Of a DNA stretch of 64,000 nucleotides, positions 12,930-22,808 are shown piece after piece. Position 1 is the stretch's first letter; every line of letters begins with the position of its first letter. The notes beneath the pieces are model-generated. The model saw nothing but the letters and a program-made list of their open reading frames with translations. It was not told the DNA's origin and ran no database searches. Source of the stretch: Mycobacteriales bacterium (GTDB lineage: Bacteria; Actinomycetota; Actinomycetes; BP-191); NCBI GenBank assembly GCA_035714365.1, contig DASTMB010000014.1, positions 55,720-119,719 on the forward strand, written 5' to 3'. A program made the position numbers and the translations under genes.

Positions 12930-13948
12930 CGCTCCTTCGTCCAGGCCAGCAGGTCGTCGGCGGAGCGGGCGTTGAGCACCGACTCCACGGGGACGCCGCA
13001 GCGCACCGCGCGCTCGCAGCCGTACGGCTGCCACTCGAGCTGCCCCGGCGCGTGCGCGTCGGTGTCGATCGTGAACACGCAGCCCGCCTCGACGGCGAGG
13101 CGGAGCAGCCGCTTCGGCGGGTCGAGCCGCTCCGGCCGGGAGTTGACCTCCACGGCGGTGCCGAACTCCGCGCACGCCGCGAACACCACCTCCGGGTCGA
13201 ACTCCGACTCCGGCCGGCCGCGCCCGACGACGATCCGCCCGGTGCAGTGGCCGAGCACGTCGGTGTGCGGGTTGGCCACCGCCCACGCCATCCGCCTCGT
13301 CATCTCCGCGCGCGGCATGCGCAGCTTGGAGTGGACCGACGCCACGACGACGTCGAGACGTTCGAGCAGGTCGTCCTCCTGGTCCAGCGAGCCGTCGTCG
13401 AGGATGTCCACCTCGATGCCGGTGAGGATGCGGAACGGGCTCAGCTCCTCGTTGAGCGCGGCGACGACGTCGAGCTGCTCGCGCAGCCGGTCGGGGGACA
13501 GGCCGTTCGCGATGGTGAGCCTGGGGGAGTGGTCGGTGAGCACGATGTACTCGTGGCCGAGGGCGCGTGCGGCCTCGGCCATCTCGCGGATCGGCGAGCC
13601 GCCGTCGGACCAGTCGGAGTGGACGTGGCAGTCGCCGCGCAGCGCGGCGCGCAGCGCGTCGGTGGCCTCGTCGATCGGCGTCGGCTCGGTGGCCTCCAGC
13701 CGGCGCAGGTAGACGGGGCGTTCGCCGGCCAGCGCCTCGGCCACGACGCGGGCGGTGACGTCGCCGACGCCGGGGAGCTCGGTCAGCGTGCCGGCCGCCG
13801 CGCGCGCGGCGAGCTCGCCCGGCGGCAGCGCGTCGACGGTGGCGGCGGCGTTGCGGAACGCCCGCACCCGGTACGTCGGCTCCCGCGCGCGCTCCAGCAG
13901 GTACGCGATCCGGCGCAGCGCCTCGACCGGCTCGATCGGCTCGTCCAT
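12926..13948 (-). CDS. PHP domain (polymerase/histidinol-phosphatase-like) metal-dependent phosphoesterase
   Basis: HVHSDWSDG ... TDHS ... motifs. Start MDEPIE. Confidence 0.75.
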   Translation of the reverse strand: MDEPIEPVEALRRIAYLLERAREPTYRVRAFRNAAATVDALPPGELAARAAAGTLTELPGVGDVTARVVAEALAGERPVYLRRLEATEPTPIDEATDALRAALRGDCHVHSDWSDGGSPIREMAEAARALGHEYIVLTDHSPRLTIANGLSPDRLREQLDVVAALNEELSPFRILTGIEVDILDDGSLDQEDDLLERLDVVVASVHSKLRMPRAEMTRRMAWAVANPHTDVLGHCTGRIVVGRGRPESEFDPEVVFAACAEFGTAVEVNSRPERLDPPKRLLRLAVEAGCVFTIDTDAHAPGQLEWQPYGCERAVRCGVPVESVLNARSADDLLAWTKER

Positions 13949-14025
13949 CCCGCCCAGCCTCGTCCCCGCACGGCCGCGTGGGCAACCTCCGGTTGGCGCG
14001 ATCACCGAACGGGAACGCCGCCCGC

Positions 14026-15483
14026 ATGGTGAACCGGCTGCACGACCTGGACGTGGAGGCCTACCGCCGCGTCCAGGCGACCAACACCCCGCCCTGGCTC
14101 GACACGGGCATCACCGCGCTCACGCACAGCGCCGACCACTCCAAGCTGTGGCTCGGGGCGGCGGCGCTGCTGGCGACGCGCGGGCGCCCCGGCCGCCGCG
14201 CGGCCCTGCGCGGGCTGATGTCGATCGGGCTGGCGTCGTTCGTCGCCAACGTCCCCGCGAAGTACGCGGTGCGGCGCGGCCGGCCCGACGTGCTGACGCT
14301 GGTACGCGCCGGCCGGGTGCCGCACCGCATCCCGAAGACCCGGTCGTTCCCGTCGGGGCACAGCGCGTCGGCGGCGGCGTTCGCCGTGGGCGCGGCGAGC
14401 GAGGTGCCGTCGCTGGCGGTGCCGCTGGGCGTGGCGGCCGCGGCCGTCGGCTACTCGCGCGTGCACACCGGCGTCCACTACCCGGGCGACGTGCTGGCCG
14501 GCTGGGCGCTGGGCGCCACGGTCGGCGTCGCGACGCGCTGGTGGTGGCCGCTGGCGCCGGTCGACCCGGCGACGGTGCGCGAACGGCTCGCGCCCACCTG
14601 CACCCGGCCGGTGCCGGGCGGCCGCGGCGTGACGATCGCCGTCAACGGCTCCGCCGGGCCGGACGCGGCGACGGCCGAGGAGGTGGCCGCCGCGATCCGG
14701 GAGGTGCTGCCCGCCGCCGACGTGGTCGCGCTGGACGAGCCGGAGCAGCTCGCGAAGACGCTGGAGGCGGCCGCGCCGGACGCCGTCGCGATCGGCGTGC
14801 GCGGCGGCGACGGGTCGGTCAACGCCGCCGCCGGCGTCGCCTACGACGCCGGGCGGCCGCTCGTCGTCGTGCCCGGCGGCACGCTGAACCACCTCGCCCG
14901 CGACCTCGGCCTGGAGGGGCTGGACGACGTCGCCGCGGCCGTCGAGAGCGGCTGCACGGTCGACATGGACCTCGCGGAGATCGACGGGCGGCCGTTCCTC
15001 AACACCGCGTCGTTCGGCTCGTACGCCGACCTGGTCGACGCGCGCGAACGCCTCGAGGACCGGGTCGGCAAGTGGCCCGCGCTGGTGCTCGCGCTCGGGC
15101 GCGTGCTGCGCCGCGGCGGCCCGGTGGAGGCCGAGATCGACGGCACGCCCCGCAAGGTGTGGGCCATCTTCGTCGGCAACTGCCGGTACGAGCCGGCCGG
15201 CTTCGCGCCCGCGTCCCGGCCGCGGCTGGACGACGGCACGCTCGACGTGCGGATCATCGACGCGGAGCGGCCGTTGCCGGCGCTGCGGCTGGTCCTGGCT
15301 CTGCTGACGGGCACGCTGGCGCGCTCGCGGGTGTACGAGCAGCGGTTCGCGACGGAGGTCCGCGTGCGGGTGGCCGAGCCGATCCGGCTCGCGTGCGACG
15401 GGGAGACGTTCGACGGGTCGCGGGAGTTCGTCATCCGCAAGCGGCCGCGGCCGCTGCGCGTGTACGCCCGGGCGGCGGACTGA
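14026..15483 (+). CDS. Fusion protein: PAP2 phosphatase domain plus a diacylglycerol-kinase-type catalytic domain (DAGK_cat)
   Basis: PAP2 motifs KxxxxxxRP / PSGHS / SRxxxxxHxxxD. 'GGDGSVN' and 'PGGTLNHLARDLG' kinase motifs. An alternative GTG start lies at 13978. Confidence 0.7.
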   Translation: MVNRLHDLDVEAYRRVQATNTPPWLDTGITALTHSADHSKLWLGAAALLATRGRPGRRAALRGLMSIGLASFVANVPAKYAVRRGRPDVLTLVRAGRVPHRIPKTRSFPSGHSASAAAFAVGAASEVPSLAVPLGVAAAAVGYSRVHTGVHYPGDVLAGWALGATVGVATRWWWPLAPVDPATVRERLAPTCTRPVPGGRGVTIAVNGSAGPDAATAEEVAAAIREVLPAADVVALDEPEQLAKTLEAAAPDAVAIGVRGGDGSVNAAAGVAYDAGRPLVVVPGGTLNHLARDLGLEGLDDVAAAVESGCTVDMDLAEIDGRPFLNTASFGSYADLVDARERLEDRVGKWPALVLALGRVLRRGGPVEAEIDGTPRKVWAIFVGNCRYEPAGFAPASRPRLDDGTLDVRIIDAERPLPALRLVLALLTGTLARSRVYEQRFATEVRVRVAEPIRLACDGETFDGSREFVIRKRPRPLRVYARAAD

Positions 15484-15487
15484 GCCG

Positions 15488-16096
15488 CTACGTCTCGCGG
15501 CGCAGCCAGCGCCCGGCGAGCACCAGGGCCGCCACGAGCACGACCACGCCGACGACGGTGAGCCACGGCCCGGCGCGGTCGTACGCCTCGCCGAGCACGA
15601 AGCCCGCGCCCACGACCTCGGCGAACGACAGCAGCCCGCCGGCCGCGTCCGCCAGGAGGAACCGCCGGGCCGGCATGTCCGACGCGCCCGCCGACGCCGC
15701 GACCACCGACGACGGGAACGCCGCCAGCCGGCCGAGCACGACCAGCGGGACGCCGCGGCGTTCGAGCAGCGCGCACATCGCCTTGACCCGCTTCGCCGGC
15801 AGCAGCCGCTTGGTCACGCGCGGCATCCGCTCCGGGTCGTAGCAGCGGCCGATGAAGTAGAACAGCCAGACGCCGCCGAGCAGCAGCGGCAGCGCGGCCA
15901 GCATGAGCAGCGGCAGCCCCACGTCGTGCCGGCGCAGCAGGAAGCCGCCCGCGAGCAGCACCTCCTTGGTCGGCCGGAGCAGCACGAGCAGCACGAAGTG
16001 GTCGCGGAACAGCGCCGGCGCCAGCGGGATCGCGACGATCCCGAGCACCGCGCGCGCGGCGGCGAGCCAGAGCAGCGGCGTGCGGGCACGCTCCAA
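15488..16096 (-). CDS. DedA/SNARE-associated (VTT domain) membrane protein
   Basis: Multi-TM. 'LGRCYDPERM...GRLAAFPSSVVAASAGASDMP' resembles DedA. Confidence 0.7.
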   Translation of the reverse strand: MERARTPLLWLAAARAVLGIVAIPLAPALFRDHFVLLVLLRPTKEVLLAGGFLLRRHDVGLPLLMLAALPLLLGGVWLFYFIGRCYDPERMPRVTKRLLPAKRVKAMCALLERRGVPLVVLGRLAAFPSSVVAASAGASDMPARRFLLADAAGGLLSFAEVVGAGFVLGEAYDRAGPWLTVVGVVVLVAALVLAGRWLRRET

Positions 16097-16122
16097 CGCC
16101 GGCCTCCTTCGGGTCGTGCGAG

Positions 16123-16926
16123 GTGTGCCTCACCGCCGGAACGGGCAAACCACGGGTCGTGAAGGGGCTGCTGCCGGACTCGGTGCGCCGCCGGTTCGAC
16201 CCGGGCGGGCGGTACGGCCTGCGCATCACGCTGTTCGCGTTCGCGCTGGTGCTGGTGGCGGTGCCGTTCGGCGTCCTGCTCCAGCAGGTCGTCTCCGAGG
16301 GGCCGCTGCTGCGCGTCGACCACGGGGTCGCGAACTCCGTCCACGAGTGGGTGGTGCGGCGCGGGCCGGGGTTCGTCGACGCGGTGCGGCTGGTGTCCTG
16401 GCTCGGCCGGCCGCCGTTCCTCTCGCTCGTCGCGGTGCTGGTCTGCGCGTTCCTGCTCCGGCGGGGGCGGACCCGCCTGGCGATCTTCGTCGTGACCACC
16501 GCGATCATGGGCGGGCTGGTCGACACGGCGGTCAAGAACCTCGTGCACCGGCCGCGGCCGGTGTTCGACCACCCGGTCGCCACGGCGATCGGCAAGAGCT
16601 TCCCGTCCGGGCACTCGATGTCGTCGGCGATCGTCTACGGCTCGCTGCTGCTCGTGCTGCTGCCGGCCATCCCGCGGCGGCGGCGCCCCTGGGCGATCGG
16701 CGGCACCGTGCTGCTCGTCCTCACCATCGCCGCGTCGCGGATCGCGCTGGGCGTCCACTTCCTCTCCGACGTCGTCGGCGGGCTGGTGCTGGGCGTCGCG
16801 TGGCTGGCCGCGAGCGTGGCGGCGTTCCGCATCTGGCGTACGGAGCGTGGTCGCAAGCCCACCCCGGTCGCGGCCGGTCTGGAGCCCGAGGCGGCGCGCG
16901 ACCTCAAGGTCGGCGCCGGCACCTGA
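16123..16926 (+). CDS. PAP2 family membrane phosphatase
   Basis: KNLVHRPRP / PSGHS / GVHFLSDV motifs. The GTG start is uncertain. Confidence 0.7.
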   Translation: MCLTAGTGKPRVVKGLLPDSVRRRFDPGGRYGLRITLFAFALVLVAVPFGVLLQQVVSEGPLLRVDHGVANSVHEWVVRRGPGFVDAVRLVSWLGRPPFLSLVAVLVCAFLLRRGRTRLAIFVVTTAIMGGLVDTAVKNLVHRPRPVFDHPVATAIGKSFPSGHSMSSAIVYGSLLLVLLPAIPRRRRPWAIGGTVLLVLTIAASRIALGVHFLSDVVGGLVLGVAWLAASVAAFRIWRTERGRKPTPVAAGLEPEAARDLKVGAGT

Positions 16927-17199
16927 TCCCGGTACGCGGGCTTCCGGGCCCTACGCGCGTTGTCACGCGTGGTGACCGGAACGCCGCACTCGTCCGGTTC
17001 GCGCTGGGCGGTTCGTCCGGTTCGTGAGCGCGACAGGGCGAACGGCCCGTAGCGAATTGGTCACAACGTGCTAGGGACGCGGGCTTCGGTCGCAGCCAGT
17101 ATTCACACGAACACAAGTAGCGAGGTGCCCCCACCCTGCGCCGTGGAGCCCTTACTGAGAGCAACTGCAGTACATCACTGCGTGACGGGAGACACTCTG

Positions 17200-19071
17200 A
17201 TGGGATCCGCAGCCCAGTCAGGTCGCCGCCTCCGCTGGGTGGCGTACGCCGTGAGCGCCGCCACCCTCGCCGCCCCCGCCTTCTCCGCCGCCGGCTCCGC
17301 CCCCCTGGCGAAGGGCAACACCTGGACGGCGGGCCGCCTCGGCACCAGCACCCAGCGCAGCGTGATCGTGCAGGCGCGTGCCGGGCACGAGTCCGCCGTC
17401 GCCGCCGCGATCCGCGCGGCCGGCGGCGTCGTCGACAAGCCGCTGCCGATCGTCACCGGCTTCGCCGCCCACGTCCCCGCCGCGGCCGTCGCCGCGCTGC
17501 GGGCCCGCCCCGACGTGCGCGACGTGACCGCCAACGACTCGGTGCGCTTCGCCAGCAACGTCTACGACGAGAGCACGGTCGCGTCGTCGTTCACGCGGAC
17601 CGCCGGCGCGACCGCCGCCTGGTCGCAGAACAACCTGGGCGAGGGCGTGGGCGTCGCGGTCATCGACACCGGCATCTCGCCGCAGAACGACTTCTCCGGT
17701 CGCCTGGTGCACGGCCCCGACCTCTCCGGCGAGGGCACCGTCTTCGACACCTACGGCCACGGCACGGTCATGGGCGGCATCATCGGCGGCAGCGGCGCCG
17801 ACTCGGCGAGCAACTCCGGCGGCTCGTACGCCGGTGCCGCGCCGAAGGCCACGCTGGTCGCGGTCAAGGTCGCCGGCCGCAACGGTGCCGCGGACGTCTC
17901 CACGATCCTCCAGGCGATGCACTGGGTCTCGGCGTACAAGGACCAGTTCAACATCCGGGTCCTCAACCTCTCCTGGGGCACCAACTCCACCAGCGACCCG
18001 GCGACCGACCCGCTGAACTACGCGGTCGAGCGGCTGTGGCGCCAGGGCATCGTCGTCGTCGTCGCGGCCGGCAACTCCGGCCCGGGGAGCGGCACCATCA
18101 CCAAGCCGGGCGACGACCCGGTCGTCATCACGGCCGGCGCGTACGACGACAAGGGCGACGCCGTCCTCAGCAACGACTCGATCCCGGCCTGGTCCTCGCG
18201 CGGCCCGACGGCGCAGGGCGTGAGCAAGCCGGACGTCGTCGCGCCGGGCCGCACGCTCATCGCGACGCGCTCGTTCGGCTCGGACGTCGAGAAGAACAAC
18301 CCGAAGGCGCTCGTCCCGCCGAGCTACATCAAGGGCAGCGGCACCTCGGAGGCCGCGGCCGTCACGTCCGGTATCGCCGCCCTGCTGGTCAAGGCGCACC
18401 CGGACTGGACGCCGGACCAGGTCAAGAAGGCGCTGAAGGGCACCGCGAACCCGCTGCCGAACACGCCCACCACGGCGCAGGGCACCGGCCGCATCCAGCT
18501 CGGCGCCGCGCTGGCGACCGACCCGGGCCCGGCGGCGCAGCAGACGTTCTCCTCCACCGGCCTCGGCCCGATCGAGGGCAGCCGCGGCACCAGCCACGTC
18601 TACGCCGACTGCCAGCAGAACGGCACCTGGACCGAGGTCAAGGGCGAGATCACCGACCACTGCCAGCCGTGGGACGGCACCGCCTGGACCGGCACCGCCT
18701 GGACCGGGACGGCGTGGACGGGCACCGCCTGGACCGGCACCGCCTGGACGGGCACGGCGTGGACCAACACCGGCTGGAGCGGCACGGCCTGGACCGGCAC
18801 CGCCTGGACCGGCGGCCAGTGGACCGGCACCGCCTGGACCGGCACGGCCTGGACCGGCACCGCCTGGACGGGCACGGCCTGGACCGGCACCGCCTGGACG
18901 GGGACGGCGTGGACCGGCACCGCCTGGACCGGTACCGCCTGGACGAGCGCCGAGTACGACGACACGCTGTTCCTCAACGCCTTCTGGGGCGCCCGGCCGA
19001 AGGCAGGGAAGCACGTGAACGGTGAGCGCAGCGAGTCCGTCCAGCTGGTGCGGTCCATCGGCATCGACTGA
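17200..19071 (+). CDS. Secreted S8 (subtilisin-like) serine peptidase with a C-terminal array of 18 tandem 'WTGTA' pentapeptide repeats
   Basis: Signal peptide. Catalytic triad contexts VIDTGI / HGTVMGG / GTSEAAAVTSG. Repeat tract seen in the translation. Confidence 0.85.
   Translation: MGSAAQSGRRLRWVAYAVSAATLAAPAFSAAGSAPLAKGNTWTAGRLGTSTQRSVIVQARAGHESAVAAAIRAAGGVVDKPLPIVTGFAAHVPAAAVAALRARPDVRDVTANDSVRFASNVYDESTVASSFTRTAGATAAWSQNNLGEGVGVAVIDTGISPQNDFSGRLVHGPDLSGEGTVFDTYGHGTVMGGIIGGSGADSASNSGGSYAGAAPKATLVAVKVAGRNGAADVSTILQAMHWVSAYKDQFNIRVLNLSWGTNSTSDPATDPLNYAVERLWRQGIVVVVAAGNSGPGSGTITKPGDDPVVITAGAYDDKGDAVLSNDSIPAWSSRGPTAQGVSKPDVVAPGRTLIATRSFGSDVEKNNPKALVPPSYIKGSGTSEAAAVTSGIAALLVKAHPDWTPDQVKKALKGTANPLPNTPTTAQGTGRIQLGAALATDPGPAAQQTFSSTGLGPIEGSRGTSHVYADCQQNGTWTEVKGEITDHCQPWDGTAWTGTAWTGTAWTGTAWTGTAWTGTAWTNTGWSGTAWTGTAWTGGQWTGTAWTGTAWTGTAWTGTAWTGTAWTGTAWTGTAWTGTAWTSAEYDDTLFLNAFWGARPKAGKHVNGERSESVQLVRSIGID
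18674..18945 (+). repeat. Approximately 18 near-perfect tandem copies of the 15-bp unit ggcaccgcctggacc (encoding GTAWT) inside the S8 peptidase gene
   Basis: Direct reading of the sequence. Units differ by only 1-3 nt. Confidence 0.9.
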
Positions 19072-19074
19072 GGA

Positions 19075-21381
19075 ATGACCGAACGCGAGAACGCCACCGC
19101 GACCGGGCCGGCCATGCCGCCCCGGTTGCGGTGGCTCCTCGTCGTCATGGCCACGGCGGGGCTGGCGGCGATCCTCGTCGCGGTCCCGTCGGCGGTGCGC
19201 GACCGCCCCGAGGCGGGCAACCTGCTGCTCGCCGTGGCGTTCTTCCTCATCGGCGACGTCGCGCTGATGAACATCCGGTTCGGCCGGAGCCGCTACACGT
19301 TCACCTGGGCCGAGCTGGCGCTGGTGTTCGGCCTGGTCATGCTGCCGCCGGGCTGGCTGGTCCTCGTCGCGACGCTCTGCGTCGCCGCGGGCCAGGTCAT
19401 GCTGCGCCGGCCGCTCGCCAAGGCCGTGTTCAACGTCTCGATCAACGCCGCCGGCGCCGGCCTCGCCTGGCTCACCGTCACCGTGCTCGGGCGGACGGCG
19501 ACCGAGCACGCGTCGCTGACGAGCAGCCGGGCCTGGCTCACGCTCGCCGCCGGCACCCTCGTCTTCGCCGTCTGGAGCAGCGGCACCGTCGGCATGGCGG
19601 TGGCGTTCTCGCAGGACCTGCCGGTGCGCGCCGTCCTGCGCAAGGGGGCGTTCCTCCAGGCCATGGTCTGGCTGGGCAACACCGTCGCCGGCGTCGGCGT
19701 CGCGATGGTCACCCAGCAGTCCGGCGGCGCGCTGATCGTGCTGCCGTTCTTCCTGGCCCTGCTCTACGCCGCCTACCGCGGCTACCTGCGCGCCGACGAG
19801 GACCGGGACACCTGGCAGGTGCTCCAGGACACCTCCCGCGACCTGTCCCGGCTGCGCCGCACCGAGATCGCCGAGGTCGTGCTGGACCGCGCGGCGGCGC
19901 TGTTCAAGGCCGACTTCGTGGAGCTGATGCTCGTCGACGACGAGCCGAGCGGCCGGGTCACGACCTGGCGCGGCACCGGCGACGAGACCCGGCTGCTGGA
20001 GGGGCGGTCGCTGGAGGACGCGGCCACGTTCTGGCCGCGCGCCCACTCGGAGCGGGAGCCGTACCAGCTCCTGCTGCGCCGGGCGCCCACGGCGCAGCGC
20101 CGCGAGCTGGAGTCGCTGGGGCTCGAGCAGTGCGTCGTCGTCCCGATCGCCACCACCGAACGCTGCCTCGGCACGCTGCGCGTCGGCTTCGCCGGCGTGG
20201 TGCGCATCCGCACCCGCGACCTCCAGGTGCTGCGGACGTTCGCCAACCAGCTCGCGACGTCGGTCGAGAACGCCCGCCTCTACGAGGAGATGCGCGAGGA
20301 GCGCACCAAGCTGAGCCGGGTCGTCGACAACACCTCCGACGGCATCCTCTCCGTCGACGCCCGCGGCCGGATCACGTCGTGGAACCCGGCCATGGCGCGC
20401 ATCTCGGGCCTGTCCGCGGAGAGCATCCTCGGCTCGTCGTTCACGCTCGGCCACGCCGGCACCGACGCCGACGGCACGCCGGTGTCGGCGCAGTGGCTGT
20501 GGGACAAGCTCGGCGGCGACGCGCAGGCGGAGGCGCAGGTCTCGATCGGCTCGAACGAGTCCGGCAAGCGGTGGCTGCACCTGTCGCTCGCCGCCGTGCG
20601 CTCCTCGACCGGCGTCATCGAGGTCGTCGTCGTGGTCGTCCGCGACGTCACCGCGCTGCGCGAGGCGGCGCAGGCGAAGGAGGAGTTCCTCGCCACCGTG
20701 TCGCACGAGCTCCGCACGCCGCTCACGTCGTTGCGCGGCTGGGTGTCGACGCTGCTGCGGCCGGAGTTCCAGCCGAACGAGGAGGAGCGCCGCGAGGTCC
20801 ACGAGCGGCTGATGCACCAGACCGGCCGGCTCCAGCGGCTGATCGAGGACGTGCTGTCGGTGTCGTCGATGGACCGCGGCCAGTTCGTCGTGCAGACCGT
20901 GCCCGTCGGCATCGACGAGGTCATCGAGAAGTCGCTCGCGGAGTTCCGCCGCCAGGTGCCGGACCGCCCGGTCGAGCACGTTCGCGCCGGCCTGGCCGGC
21001 ACCGCCCTCGCCGACGCGGGCCGCGTCGAGCAGGTCATCAACAACCTGGTCTCCAACGCCGACAAGTACTCGCCGCCGGAGACGCCGATCGAGGTGCGCG
21101 TCGCGCGCGAGGCGGACAAGGTCGTCGTCACCGTCTCCGACCACGGCTTCGGCATCCCGGAGGACCAGCGGGAGGCGGTGTTCGAGCGGTTCCACCGGCT
21201 CGGCCACCACATGACCCGCGAGGCGTCCGGCACCGGCCTCGGCCTGCACATCGCCCGGCGGCTGGTCGAGGCGATGGGCGGCCGGATCTGGGTCGACAGC
21301 CGCCTCGGGGAGGGGTCGACGTTCACGTTCACGCTGCCGGCCGCGCCGCTCGTCGCCAAGGGTGCCGACGTCGCGGTCTGA
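19075..21381 (+). CDS. Sensor histidine kinase: N-terminal multi-TM sensor, then GAF-like, PAS, HisKA and HATPase_c domains
   Basis: 'ATVSHELRTPLTSL' H-box. 'NLVSNADKYS' N-box. 'GTGLGLHIARRL' G2 box. Sits 4 nt after the protease stop. Confidence 0.85.
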   Translation: MTERENATATGPAMPPRLRWLLVVMATAGLAAILVAVPSAVRDRPEAGNLLLAVAFFLIGDVALMNIRFGRSRYTFTWAELALVFGLVMLPPGWLVLVATLCVAAGQVMLRRPLAKAVFNVSINAAGAGLAWLTVTVLGRTATEHASLTSSRAWLTLAAGTLVFAVWSSGTVGMAVAFSQDLPVRAVLRKGAFLQAMVWLGNTVAGVGVAMVTQQSGGALIVLPFFLALLYAAYRGYLRADEDRDTWQVLQDTSRDLSRLRRTEIAEVVLDRAAALFKADFVELMLVDDEPSGRVTTWRGTGDETRLLEGRSLEDAATFWPRAHSEREPYQLLLRRAPTAQRRELESLGLEQCVVVPIATTERCLGTLRVGFAGVVRIRTRDLQVLRTFANQLATSVENARLYEEMREERTKLSRVVDNTSDGILSVDARGRITSWNPAMARISGLSAESILGSSFTLGHAGTDADGTPVSAQWLWDKLGGDAQAEAQVSIGSNESGKRWLHLSLAAVRSSTGVIEVVVVVVRDVTALREAAQAKEEFLATVSHELRTPLTSLRGWVSTLLRPEFQPNEEERREVHERLMHQTGRLQRLIEDVLSVSSMDRGQFVVQTVPVGIDEVIEKSLAEFRRQVPDRPVEHVRAGLAGTALADAGRVEQVINNLVSNADKYSPPETPIEVRVAREADKVVVTVSDHGFGIPEDQREAVFERFHRLGHHMTREASGTGLGLHIARRLVEAMGGRIWVDSRLGEGSTFTFTLPAAPLVAKGADVAV

Positions 21382-21391
21382 GCCGACCGCG

Positions 21392-22276
21392 TCAGTCGTG
21401 CGTGAAGTCCGTCGTCGCCAGCGGGAGCGGCTCGGACGTGAGGATCCGCGCGCTCAGCCGGTACGTCCCGGCCGCCGGCGTGTAGCCGAAGTCGTCGTAG
21501 CCGTCCCAGCGGGTGTGCCAGTAGACGCAGTAGCCCGGGTCGATGGTGACGGTCTCCCCGTCGTGCACCACGGGCTGCCCGGCGGAGTACGTCCAGACGG
21601 TGTCGTTGTGCGCGACGTCGACCGCCGCGAAGTCGACGTCCGGGTGGCGGTCGAGGTCGATCGTCTTCGCGCCCGCGCCGACCGAGCGGCAGAGCGTGAG
21701 GTCGATCATGTACTTCTGGCCCGGCCCGGCCGGCGGCGTGACGCTGACGTAGGTGCACCAGTCCTCGGTCTGCGCCGAGAGGCAGTTGGCGTCGGTGGCG
21801 CTCTCCGGGTCGCGCGTGACCGGGACGCGGGACGCGTAGCGCGGCGAGCTCCCCACGCGGACCGGCGGGCGGGTCGGCACGAGCGCGCCGACCGGGCCGG
21901 TCGGGGGGAGGGTGCTGCCCGACGCGGAGCCCGAGGAGCGGCCGCTGGTGGGGGTGCGGCCGGTGCTGCCGGTCGTCGTGCCCGTGCCGTGGCCGGCCGC
22001 GGGGGTCACCGACGGCGTGGGCGTGGTGCGGTTGGTCGTGCGCGGGGCGCCGCCGTCGTTGACGACCGGCGGGTCGTTGGCGGGCCGGACCGTGTCGGTG
22101 CCGGTGCCCTGGTGGCTGACGACGCCGTAGCCGAGCGCGGCGACGAGCACGAGCGCGAGCGCGGAGGAGCCGCCCGTCTGCTTTCGGCGGCGCCGGCGAC
22201 CGCGGCGTACGGCGTCCTCGAAGCCGCCCGGCGGGGGCACCACCAGCGGGTACGAGCGGCGGGGCAGGTCAGTCAC
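21392..22276 (-). CDS. Putative anti-sigma factor / single-pass membrane protein (Pro/Thr-rich linker, Cys-containing C-terminal domain)
   Basis: Start overlaps the stop of the ECF sigma gene by 8 nt. One TM segment 'ALALVLVAALGYGVV'. Confidence 0.5.
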   Translation of the reverse strand: MTDLPRRSYPLVVPPPGGFEDAVRRGRRRRRKQTGGSSALALVLVAALGYGVVSHQGTGTDTVRPANDPPVVNDGGAPRTTNRTTPTPSVTPAAGHGTGTTTGSTGRTPTSGRSSGSASGSTLPPTGPVGALVPTRPPVRVGSSPRYASRVPVTRDPESATDANCLSAQTEDWCTYVSVTPPAGPGQKYMIDLTLCRSVGAGAKTIDLDRHPDVDFAAVDVAHNDTVWTYSAGQPVVHDGETVTIDPGYCVYWHTRWDGYDDFGYTPAAGTYRLSARILTSEPLPLATTDFTHD

Positions 22277-22808
22277 GCTGCCCCTCCAGGTTCGCGGCCA
22301 GCAGCTGTCGCGCCTCGTGCAGGCGCCGCTTCACCGTACCGACCGGGCGCTTCGTGAGCACGGCGACCTCGGTGACGGGCAGGTCGGCGTAGTAGTGCAG
22401 CAGGACGACCTCGCGCAGCCGCTCCGGGAGACGTTCGACCAGGTCGCGCAGCCACGGGTCGTGCACGGTCGCCTCGGCGGCGGGGCGGTGGCCGATCTCG
22501 TCGTAGATCTCCCGCTCGCGCTTGCTGCGGCGCCAGTGGCGGCGGGCCAGGTTGGTGGCCACGTAGTAGACGTACGCCTTCGGCTCCCGGACGCCGACCC
22601 AGCGGGCGAACAGCCGGGCGAACGCCTCCTGCGTGATGTCGCGGGCGAGCTGCACGTCGCCGGTGAGGGCGGTGCAGTACCCGGCCAGCCCGGCGTACTC
22701 GGCGCGGTAGAGGTCGCGGAACCCCTCCTCGCGCGACGTCGGCACCACCGCGGGGGCGGCGGCCACGTCGACGCGCGCATCAGCGCCGAGCACCAGCTCG
22801 GCGGTCAT
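22269..22808 (-). CDS. ECF (sigma-70 family) RNA polymerase sigma factor
   Basis: Region 2 'DITQEAFARLFARW' and region 4 'VVLLHYYADLPVTEVAVLTKRPVGTVKRRLHEAR'. The ORF could extend to 22904. Confidence 0.75.
   Translation of the reverse strand: MTAELVLGADARVDVAAAPAVVPTSREEGFRDLYRAEYAGLAGYCTALTGDVQLARDITQEAFARLFARWVGVREPKAYVYYVATNLARRHWRRSKREREIYDEIGHRPAAEATVHDPWLRDLVERLPERLREVVLLHYYADLPVTEVAVLTKRPVGTVKRRLHEARQLLAANLEGQRD

Noticed and set aside
13755-15842. 695-aa plus-strand ORF overlapping the PHP and PAP2-DAGK genes in another frame
   Set aside because: Low-complexity Arg/Ala/Gly translation. The annotated frames carry clear catalytic motifs.
17218-21249. 1343-aa minus-strand ORF spanning the S8 protease and histidine kinase genes
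   Set aside because: Low-complexity R/A/G/D-rich sequence with no motifs. The opposite strand encodes two well-supported proteins.
19131-21485. 784-aa plus-strand ORF in an alternative frame of the histidine kinase gene
   Set aside because: Frame +2 relative to the kinase. Arg/Pro/Gly-rich with no kinase motifs.
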